Shown here one piece after another: positions 53,668 to 60,000 of a stretch of 60,000 nt of DNA. The stretch covers positions 25,918,001-25,978,000 of the forward strand of contig NC_045697.1 in assembly GCF_009834535.1 (NCBI RefSeq), given 5' to 3'. The notes below the pieces were generated by a model. It was not told the origin of the DNA. It ran no database searches and worked only from the letters and a program-made list of their open reading frames with translations. Position numbers and translations under genes: made by a program. Position 1 is the first letter of the stretch; each line of letters opens with the position of its first letter. This DNA comes from Camelus ferus (lineage: Eukaryota).

Positions 53668-55575
53668 ATAGTCTTTTTTATTGGTTTTATTACTTTAATA
53701 TGCAAGTTAATGTACCTTAAGCTAGAGCTACAAAGTAGTTATAATGTATGAAATTTAGCTGAAAACAATCTAATGCTTAATGATTTTAAATTCAAATAAA
53801 CACCACAAAGAAACTTCTGATTTCCCTAGAGAAACGTTAAATTGGATACACTGGAGCTAATCAAGTTATTTTAATCATTTGTCAGCTTAAGAAAGACCTT
53901 ATGCCGTTATGAAACTCACATGATGTGAAACTTCTCAATGAGGTTATGCTCTTGCTAAAGCATAATATGCATGCAGTTCATTTATACCTGCAAAATGCAA
54001 GTGCACTAGTATGGAACTACTAACAAATGGAGATGATAACCCTCTTCTTCCCCCATTTTCAAATAGATGATTACAGTTGATAAGAAAAATATAAACATAC
54101 TATCAAAGGAAGGGACTTCATAGAGCAATCCCACACAATGTGATTACATACATATTTACAATAGATACAGAAGTCAAACTTGATAGATCTGAATATTAAT
54201 GATAATTGTGAAGTACTTAAAAGGGCACTCTCCCTAGGAAAAAAGTGAGATTAACATACACGTATTCTAAATGTAATTTCCCAGAATTAGTTTCTTTATA
54301 GGCTTTGTTTTTTCTGCCATTGTGTTTCACATCAGTTCATTGTTAGTTCTCATACTGGAATGCATGATTTATAGCTTCATCCTTTGCCCTTCACTCTCAC
54401 TGCTGAATTTTCAGGACCAAGTTCAGCAGCTGGCACACAACAGACGCTCAATAAATAAGTAACAAACTCATAACACAATGTCTTACTACAGCTCTCTCAC
54501 TGATTACACCTTCTTCTCAAATTAAAACCAACCAAAGATATTTTTAATATTAGGAGAACAATGAAATGTTAATATAGCTTCCAAAATATCAGATAAATCA
54601 CTTCATTTTTTTCTGCATGTACAATCTACATTGATGGCATTTATCTACAATTTAAAAGGGACAAAACTTTTTTTTTTATCAAAATATAGCTAGGAAATGC
54701 CTACCGTTTAGAGTATTAAGGAAATACGGAACAGCCAGAAGGAATCTGAAGCGTGCATAGTAATTTGAAAATAGAAATGAACCATAAAGGCATACTTTAC
54801 TTTTCAGGCATATCTAAAATACTATCACGGCATATTAAATTAAAATGAAGCTGTACCATGTAGATATGAATCAAGTTGGTTTTAACCTGCAAACTATTCA
54901 TAAAAATATCTGTCACAAGTAAGTCAAACTATTACAATTAATAACCAAGATTCTTAACATAAAACATGTGACCAACAGCATATTGAATGGAATAAATACA
55001 CACACACTTTGTATGCCAGCCAACAAAACTAAGTTCTCTTACACATTGTCCCAAGGTTTACCACTTCTAGGAACACACCCGGGCAGCACTGAGCGTCCCT
55101 AGACTTCACCGTAGAATTGTAACCTCTGTAAAGTACAACCCCCGATCAGTTTTCAATATACATTTTACAATATGGATTTTTCTAATATGTCACTTAAATA
55201 AAAGAAGGAAAAGGTAAAAGTAATATAATTTAAATGAGCATTACTGGGAGAAGGAATGGCATTTAGCTGAACAGTGACTATATGTTTACTTTTCACTGAT
55301 GGGTTTACAGATACAAAGGGCTCTCATTCAGCCCGATGGAGGTACAACTTAAAAACTGTATGAATGGTACTACGAGTTCTGGGGGTTGAATAGGAACTCT
55401 GTGCTACTTACCATACTGTGTAACAAACGCTATACAGCTGTTCACGATAATGGGGACGTCATTTTTGCTGAGCTGCTGATCTTGTAACGCACGACCATCT
55501 GTACCTGCTGCTTTTTCAATTGCAGTATGCCAGACTGTGAAATCCAACTTGGTATGCCCGCGGATGTATAATGTT
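1052..55575 (-). CDS. ARAP2: ARAP2, partial multi-exon CDS (13 exons; PH4 end, RhoGAP-like, RA, PH5, C-terminal tail)
   Basis: Spliced translation is uninterrupted and matches ARAP2 as I recall it (e.g. [72 protein letters not shown]). All 13 exons have AG/GT boundaries and consistent phases. Confidence 0.97.
2767..3520 (+). mobile_element. LINE-1 3' fragment (degenerate ORF2 C-terminus plus 3'UTR)
   Basis: L1 motifs: CATATGATCCAGCAATTCC, AAGCAACCTAAGTGTCCA, ATGGAATACTACTCAG, CACTTATATGTGGAATCTAAAA; A-rich end. Confidence 0.9.
3740..4870 (+). mobile_element. Degenerate L2 LINE fragment
   Basis: Pyrimidine-rich L2-type sequence (CATCTCAAATTTCACATGGCCA, TACTGGCTCTACCTTCAGAT); boundaries approximate. 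Confidence 0.65.
4900..5250 (-). mobile_element. Degenerate L2 3' fragment
   Basis: GACATGGTCCTTCCTCTCATGGAGTTTATGTTTTAGT and ATCAGGGAAGGTTTCTCTGAG resemble reverse L2. Confidence 0.6.
6650..6713 (-). CDS. ARAP2: ARAP2 exon (~31), 64 nt, phase 2-0: [21 protein letters not shown] (PH5 C-terminal helix)
   Basis: Acceptor tgttttgcag|GCAC, donor CAG|gtatga; PH helix tryptophan present. Confidence 0.94.
7640..8310 (-). mobile_element. Degenerate L2 fragment
   Basis: Purine-rich reverse-L2-like sequence (GAGAGTTTTAAAGCAGAAAAG, ATCATCCAGGCAGATG). Confidence 0.5.
8669..8704 (-). CDS. ARAP2: ARAP2 micro-exon (~30), 36 nt, phase 2-2: (S)[11 protein letters not shown](W)
   Basis: Acceptor catgatgcag|TTGG, donor ACTG|gtaagt; completes the PPT-S-WG ARAP PH5 motif. 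Confidence 0.93.
9777..9859 (-). CDS. ARAP2: ARAP2 exon (~29), 83 nt, phase 0-2: [27 protein letters not shown]
   Basis: Acceptor ttcctttacag|AGC, donor CAAG|gtaaca. Confidence 0.94.
10097..10775. mobile_element. MER46C-like Tigger-family DNA transposon, split by an LTR at 10327-10673
   Basis: GTCTGGGGCAGCACCC on the left; GGTCAGGTTTTGCCACCAAATG and TTTTTGGATTTCGGAATT on the right; collinear with recalled consensus. Confidence 0.7.
10327..10673 (+). mobile_element. MLT1A-type MaLR solo LTR
   Basis: TGTTATGGGCTGAATG...GATTAAGACA termini, GCCTCCAGAACTGTGAGA core; 5-bp TSD AATAT/AGTAT. Confidence 0.88.
11170..11370 (+). mobile_element. MIR SINE
   Basis: GGGGTCAGAGACCTGAGTACAAATCTGGCT...GGTTATTGTGAAGATTAAATGAGA. 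Confidence 0.75.
11810..12850 (-). mobile_element. Old degenerate L1 (L1M-type) fragment
   Basis: T-rich reverse-L1 sequence (GAAATGGAACCACTGGGTCAAAGG, TTACATTAAACCTACAGATCAA). Confidence 0.55.
14346..14760 (+). mobile_element. L1MA-type 3'UTR fragment
   Basis: GACAAATACTGTATGATCTC, GTACAAAGTTTCAGTTATG, GTACAGCATGGTGACTATA, ends TATACTTCAATAAA. Confidence 0.88.
14892..15158 (+). mobile_element. 5'-truncated L1 3'UTR (artiodactyl type) with TSD
   Basis: ATGGTTACCAAAGGGGA, GATAAACAACAAGGACCT, AATAAA plus A tail; direct repeat AAAGATACAAATTCTTAA at 14874-14891 and 15159-15176. Confidence 0.9.
15450..15640 (+). mobile_element. MIR SINE
   Basis: TTTGGAATCAGACACCTGGG, CACTTACTGGCTATGTGATCTTGGACAAGTTA. 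Confidence 0.82.
16605..17560 (-). mobile_element. Old L1 (L1MB/L1MC-type) 3' region
   Basis: ATGAATAAAGCTGCTTATGAACA, ACCTAGAAATAGAGCTGCGGGATCATG, TTTTAGTTTGTATTTCC. Confidence 0.8.
18376..18515 (-). CDS. ARAP2: ARAP2 exon (~28), 140 nt, phase 1-0: [47 protein letters not shown] (PH5 start)
   Basis: Acceptor ttttacag|AGAGG, donor AAG|gtattt; PH motif KEG.L...RYFVL. Confidence 0.96.
18742..19048 (-). mobile_element. MER33-like hAT-Charlie DNA transposon with internal (TG)n
   Basis: Termini TGCTGTCCA...TGAACAGCA; AAGTGCTTGAAACATGGTTAGT, AATGTGGCTACTAG. Confidence 0.75.
23150..23340 (+). mobile_element. MIR SINE
   Basis: CTCAGTCTCCTCACCTGCAAAATGGGGA, AAGTGCTGAGAACAGTGCTTGGTACA. Confidence 0.7.
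23369..23474. repeat. (TC)n/(TTTC)n polypyrimidine microsatellite
   Basis: Directly visible. Confidence 0.95.
23590..23830 (+). mobile_element. MIR SINE
   Basis: CTTACCAGCAGATCACCTTGAGGGAGTTATTAATGCCTCCCTGTCCCAGCTTCCCCAC core. Confidence 0.6.
27557..27770 (-). mobile_element. MER20 hAT-Charlie DNA transposon
   Basis: TTCTCAAC...TGACATTTGGGGCCAG...TCTCCAGACACTGCCATGTGTCCCCCAGGGGACAAAAT...TGAGAACCA. Confidence 0.88.
28041..28400 (+). mobile_element. MLT1A-type MaLR solo LTR
   Basis: GTTATGGACTAAATG start, GGGATTAGTGCCCTTAT, CCATGCTGGCACCCTGA, GACTAAAACA end. Confidence 0.88.
29555..29683 (-). CDS. ARAP2: ARAP2 exon (~27), 129 nt, phase 1-1: [43 protein letters not shown] (RA domain end)
   Basis: Acceptor ttttttgcag|AGCGCC, donor AATG|gtaggt; ERPLH..E.VL RA motif. 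Confidence 0.95.
31620..31850 (-). mobile_element. MIR SINE
   Basis: TCAGAGAGGTTCAGACACTTGCCTAAAGTCAAACAGCTGGT reverse core. Confidence 0.75.
35240..36558 (-). mobile_element. LINE-1 3' fragment (ORF2 C-terminal region plus 3'UTR), same orientation as ARAP2
   Basis: ORF 35839..36201 (-) begins [16 protein letters not shown]1 ORF2-like; TTCAGATTCCACATATAAGTGA; TTTACATTCCCACCAACAGTG. Confidence 0.92.
36780..37420 (-). mobile_element. Degenerate L2 fragment
   Basis: TATGTACCAGGCCCTGTGCCAGACACTAAAGA followed by purine-rich reverse-L2 sequence. Confidence 0.55.
38359..38476 (-). CDS. ARAP2: ARAP2 exon (~26), 118 nt, phase 0-1: [39 protein letters not shown] (RA domain)
   Basis: Acceptor cttcccttgcag|ATA, donor CTAG|gtaagt; overlaps ORF 38351..38575. 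Confidence 0.96.
39705..39890 (-). mobile_element. MIR SINE
   Basis: TGCTAAGTGTTTTACATGCA, CATTTTATAGGTATGAAGGCTGAGGCTCT. Confidence 0.72.
40160..40234 (-). CDS. ARAP2: ARAP2 exon (~25), 75 nt, phase 0-0: [25 protein letters not shown] (RA domain start)
   Basis: Acceptor cttttctag|GTT, donor CGA|gtgagt. Confidence 0.94.
42470..42538 (-). CDS. ARAP2: ARAP2 exon (~24), 69 nt, phase 0-0: [23 protein letters not shown]
   Basis: Acceptor ttttaaacag|GTT, donor CAA|gtgagt; in frame with neighbours. Confidence 0.93.
43998..44145 (-). CDS. ARAP2: ARAP2 exon (~23), 148 nt, phase 2-0: [49 protein letters not shown]
   Basis: Acceptor ctctaacag|GGTTC, donor GAG|gtaaat; RhoGAP N.M...NLA.VF motif. Confidence 0.96.
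45540..46200 (+). mobile_element. Degenerate L2 fragment
   Basis: Pyrimidine-rich L2-like sequence; boundaries approximate. Confidence 0.45.
47438..47543 (-). CDS. ARAP2: ARAP2 exon (~22), 106 nt, phase 1-2: [36 protein letters not shown]
   Basis: Acceptor cctccag|ACACCC, donor ACAG|gtgggt; RhoGAP LP..N...L..HL motif; not in the ORF track. Confidence 0.95.
48752..48937 (+). mobile_element. tRNA-Ala-derived SINE, camelid Vic-1 type, with 13-bp TSD
   Basis: A box TAGCTCAGGCATAGAG, GCTTAGCATGCATGAGGTCC, B box GGTTCAATCCC, (TAAA)n, CTAATTACCTCCCCCC, A-rich tail; TSD CAAAGACTATACT at 48739-48751 and 48938-48950. Confidence 0.88.
51059..51271 (-). CDS. ARAP2: ARAP2 exon (~21), 213 nt, phase 1-1: [71 protein letters not shown] (RhoGAP-like)
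   Basis: Acceptor poly-T aaacaaag|GTTTAG, donor TTGG|gtaata; overlaps ORF 51006..51230. Confidence 0.96.
51700..53220 (+). mobile_element. Degenerate L2 (interrupted around 52330-52720)
   Basis: L2 3' end CTGTAAACTCCTAGAAGGCAAAGACCATGTC...CACAGTGCCTAG...TACTCAATA at about 53117-53205. Confidence 0.65.
53625..53670 (+). repeat. (TAAA)n microsatellite, about 11 units
   Basis: Directly visible. Confidence 0.95.
55412..55575 (-). CDS. ARAP2: ARAP2 exon (~20), 164 nt, phase 2-1: [54 protein letters not shown]
   Basis: Acceptor ccttacag|AACATT, donor TATG|gtaagt; overlaps ORF 55404..55595. Confidence 0.96.
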
Positions 55576-56898
55576 CTGTAAGGTTTAAAAAGCATTCCAC
55601 ATTAAAAGTTTGCTTCTAAAAAAATTCTTACTTCTACACAAATTATCCGTAAATCCTTCTAAGTGTGATCTTGTCTCATCCCTCAGAAGAAAAATCCTCT
55701 GTCTACCACCAGCTTCCACTCACTCAATCCCTCTTTCCTTTGTACCATCACATCTCTCCATAGAGTCCAGAAAGTCCCCTCAACTCGTGGTCTCACTTGT
55801 CTTCCCCTTTTTATTCTGTTTCTGAATAACTGAACTGAAACTGTTCTGGCAAGCATCGCCGTGACTTCTAATGGATATTTGGGGTTATGTTTTTCAAGAT
55901 TTTAGAACTGTTGATGATTTCAATTCTTAAAAAAAAAAAAAAAAAAGGAAAAAGATTATCACCCAATTTGGCTTATGTAGCACAATTCTTTCTGACTTTT
56001 CCTATCTTTCTGGTCTCTCAATTTCTTCCCAAGCTCACTTCCTCTTCCTGAAAAGAAAATGAAGTTGTAACCTCAGTGCACTCACAGGAACTTCCAAAGA
56101 CTCTCCAGGTCCAGGTCAGTGGTTTCGTCCCCTGTATCTAAGCTGGTAACTCCCAAATCCCTGTCTCCAGGAGATAACTGTCTCACAGATCAGATCTCCA
56201 AGGGATTGAAGAGCAAGAGCACAAAGCAGCTAAGAGAGTGGAAATCCAGTCAATACCAGAACTCAAGTTTTAGCTCTGCACTCACTTCCTTTATGACCTT
56301 GGACAAGTTATCACCCTTCTTTGGTTCTCAGTTTCATCACTGGCAAAATTAAGATAATAACAGTACTTACCTCAGCACTCAATAAATAAAATATTGGTAA
56401 CTAATAAACCATAATACTAGTTAATGTGACTTTTCAGACAGCTTCACCTTAATGTGTCACAAGCATGTCAAATCTTTGTTCCTCCTCCTACCAAACTGGC
56501 CCTACTTCCTGCACTTATCACACCAGAAATCTAGGATTAGTGTGTGGATTGCCCCCCACCCCATCATTGCCCCATGAACTCAATCACGACATTCCACTGA
56601 TTCCCATTCCCTGACATACTTGCTCTGCCCACTCTTTGTCCCAAAACTGCCTTATTTCATGTATTTCTATTGCTCCTTGAGGTCACTAAAGCCGCTCCAA
56701 ACAAAATTTCTTTCCCAATTCTCCACCTCTCTAGTCCCTACTGCTCAAGACTGCTGGAATGGTCTTTCTAAAATGCAAAGCTAATGGTATCACTTCCTGA
56801 TCACTGTCCTTCTGCAGCAACTCTGGAGTTTTCAAGATTAAAAGACCTTTATGATCTGGCCCATACCTTCTCCTCCAACTCTGCCATTCCTTTATACT

Positions 56899-56985
56899 GA
56901 AAGAAAGAAAGAAAGGAAGAAAGAAAGGAAGAAAGGAAGAAAGAAAGAAAGGAAGGAAGGAGGGAAGAAAGGAAGAAAGAAAGAA
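56899..56985 (+). repeat. (GAAA/GGAA)n compound microsatellite
   Basis: Directly visible. Confidence 0.95.
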
Positions 56986-57143
56986 ATTCACATATTCTTG
57001 TCCTTACAACAAATATCTCCTGCCCTTTGGCTGGTTACTTCAACTCCTCCCCATTGGTGTATTCCAGGTAACCCTCCCTGACACTCCATTCCCATCTCCC
57101 TCCCTTCCTCCCAAGCTTACTGTGTAATAAGTGCCCCTTCTTA

Positions 57144-58211
57144 TAAGTAAAACAAAACGATAACCTATGGAATGGGAGAAAATTTTTGCAAATGATGAAA
57201 CCGACAAAGGCCTGATCTCCAGAATATATAAGCAGCTCATATGACTTAACAAGAAAGAAACAAACAACCCAATCCAAAAATGGGCAAAAGACCTAAACAA
57301 GCAATTCTCCAAGGAAGACATACAAATGATCAATAGACACATGATAAAATGCTCAATATCACTAATTATCAGAGAAATGCAAATCAAAACTACAATGAGG
57401 TATCACCTCACACCAGTGAGAATGGCCATCATTCAAAAATCCACAAATGACAAATACTGGAGAGGCTGTGGAGAAAGGGGAACCCTCCTACACTGCTGGT
57501 GGGAATGCAGTTTGGAGCAGCCACTGTGGAAAACAGTTTGGAGATTCCTCAAAAGACTAGGAATAGACTTACCATATGACCTAGTAATCCTGCTCCTGGG
57601 CATATATCTAGAAGGAACCCTACTTCAAAAAGAGACCTGCACTCCAATGTTCATAGCAGCACTATTTACAATAGCGAAGACATGGAGACAGCCTAAATGT
57701 CCATCAACAGATGACTGGATAAAGAAGAGGTGGTATACTTATACAATGGAATACTATTCAGCCATAAAACCCAACAACATAACGCCATTTGCAGCAACAT
57801 GGATGCTCCTGGAGAATGTCATTCTAAGTGAAGTAAGACAGAAAGAGAGAGAAAAATACCATATGAGATTGCTCATATGTGGAATCTAAAAAAAAAAAAA
57901 AGTATAAATACAAAACAGAAATAGACTCACAGACATAGAATATAAACTTGTGGTTGCCAAGGGGGTGGGGGGTGGGAAGAGATAGACTGGGATTTCAAAA
58001 TTGTAGAATAGATAAACAAGATTAGACTGTATAGCACAGGGAAATATAAAGATCTTATGGTAGCTCACAGAGAAAAAAATGTGACAATGAATATATACAT
58101 GTTCATGTATAACTGAAAAATTGTGCTCTACACTGGAATTTGACACAACATTGTAAAATGACTATAACTCAATAAAAAATGTTAAAAAAAAAAGTGATGA
58201 AAGCAAAAAAA
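57144..58211 (+). mobile_element. Relatively young 5'-truncated LINE-1 (ORF2 C-terminus, 3'UTR, poly-A) with TSD
   Basis: 187-aa ORF 57326..57889 is the L1 ORF2 C-terminus ([20 protein letters not shown]...TMEYYSAIK); TSD AAGTGCCCCTTCTTA 57129-57143 / AAGTGTCCCTTCTTA 58212-58226. Confidence 0.95.
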
Positions 58212-60000
58212 AAGTGTCCCTTCTTAATGCAGAATATCCACTCTACTGTCCATCATAGCAACTACTGTACCTGTGTGGATGTTTTAGCTGCTACACCCCA
58301 AACTTTGTGCAAACAAAGAAAGCACCTCAGTACCAACAGACTTTAGCATAGTGCCAGGTATTTAGCGGGTATATAATAGTTTCAAAGTTCTATCACATCG
58401 ACAGGAGTCGATTTGGAAACACAAAGTAATCGCTGATGTATTTAAGTATATTTACAGCGAAGTAAAACTATTTAATTTTAATTTCAGACTGTGGAACAGC
58501 TACTTTGGATTCAACCCAAAGAGAAAGGAATGAGTTGTATGAACTCTGGATTGTTTTTGCAGGGGGAGGGGAGGGGAGGGGGTCATCTTTCACATTCCTA
58601 ATAATTCACTGGCCCTGATTTAAAAGAAAATAAAAGTGCTCCTCTCTTTCCTTTGGTTTCTTTTCTTGAAGAAGAAGAGATGCTCCTCTAAGAAGATAAA
58701 GCTGCTGGCACCACACTCCACTCACTTCTAACACCTTCTGAACCCGCTGTGACGACTCCTCCTTCACTGACACCGGTGCCCCTAATCCTCATCTCTGGCT
58801 TCTGCACATCTTTATCTGTGGATTTTATTTTCCACACCACCACTGCAGCCCTGACCTCCAGTTTTGTAATTTTCTTTTTGAAGATTTCTGACACTTGCTC
58901 TAATACTCCTGTCATGTCTTTTAAGCATTTTCACTTATCTTACATCATCTTTAACTCAAAAACATTTTACTGCTGGGTTTATTTGTCTAAATGAAACTAT
59001 ATAACTCGGGTAATTTCCCTGAGAAATATCAAGCCCCTACTTCACGTAGACCTAAACAAAATTACCACTTGCTAAATTCAGGAGTTTAGGTAAAGAGAAA
59101 ATTGTATCATTTTTTGAGCCTTAGTTTGTTTATCTGATAATTAAGCTCTAAATACAACATAAAATCATTGAAAAGGTTTGCTTATAAACAGACAACTACA
59201 ATGAGGATTTGAGAAAGCAGTAAAGGAAACCCAAAAGGCAGCAGCCCTCCTACATTACCTGTATAATTCTGCCATTAACTGTAAATGTTTTAAACTTCAA
59301 ATTTTCTTTCTAGTCAGAAGAAATCCTGTGATGACAAGTTTAGCTGCCTCCTTGTGAACCAGTGAAGGGTAGAATAAGTAATGACAAGTTAACTCCTGAG
59401 TCAACTTGTCAAAGACTGAATCCTAAAATACATCACTGAGTGCAGCAGACGTCTGACATTCAGTAGCTTCAGCTCAACAGCTTTCCTCTCCGGAGCCATC
59501 TAAACTCTGCGCACACTGCAGAAAGCTTTAAAGGAGATTTTCAACACGAATGCTGGCCAACTTGGTGATTTCAAGTGTTAGCAAACAATGATTTTACATT
59601 TCAGGATAAGGATTCCAAAGAAATATGAACTTACATCTTGAAAATCTCAAAAGTTATTTTGAAGAACTCTAATTATAGATAAATATATTTTCCTAACTGT
59701 CCAATCCCCCAGCATAAATTTTAAAGGGGAAGGGGACTCCAAAGCCCTATGAAGAAATATCCCTATATCCTATAATGAATCAAGACGGCTCAATAAGACC
59801 TAGAAACCAAGTCCCAAAACTAACAAAAACAATTTTCTCAAAATTGCAATATAATAACCACAAAGTAGACACTATCGTATTTGAGCCTAGTCTATTGATA
59901 AGAATCAGAACAAATGATAGTATCTATAAATCTGGCTGTATAAAAATAAATTCACCTATATGAAGAACATTTTAAACACGACTAGAAAACAAACACCACA

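Larger units (their letters stand above)
55850..58385 (+). mobile_element. Degenerate L2 hosting a MIR (about 56210-56400), a GAAA repeat and a young L1
   Basis: L2 motifs AATGGTCTTTCTAAAATGCAAAGCTAATGGTATCACTTCC and TAGCATAGTGCCAGGTA; MIR core TGACCTTGGACAAGTTA. Confidence 0.6.

Noticed and set aside
57326..57889. 187-aa ORF as a host gene
   Set aside because: It is the C-terminus of LINE-1 ORF2 in a 5'-truncated copy
59259..59309. Exon-like AG…CAG|gtaatg segment on the minus strand
   Set aside because: In the phase-2 frame needed to join exon 55412-55575 it hits TGA after three codons
1..60000. CRISPR array, operon or other prokaryote-type system
   Set aside because: Intron-exon mammalian DNA; no regularly spaced repeat-spacer array or dense coding blocks

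Overview
AT-rich mammalian genomic DNA lying wholly inside the ARAP2 gene (ArfGAP with RhoGAP domain, ankyrin repeat and PH domain 2) on the minus strand. I read 13 consecutive coding exons between 55575 and 1052. All have GT-AG boundaries and matching phases, totalling 1480 nt (1 nt + 493 codons) with no stop. They encode the end of PH4, the RhoGAP-like domain, the Ras-association domain, PH5 and the start of the C-terminal tail. They probably correspond to human exons 20-32 (numbering from recall). The upstream exons and the last exon lie outside the window. The introns hold typical eutherian repeats (L1, L2, MIR, MLT1A, MER20, MER33, MER46C, microsatellites). A tRNA-Ala-derived Vic-1-type SINE suggests a camelid. 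Repeat family names come from recalled consensus sequences, and old-repeat boundaries are approximate. I found no convincing new biological system. The best lead is a possible unannotated 45-nt in-frame cassette exon at 21913-21957, with a decayed coding-like stretch next to it.
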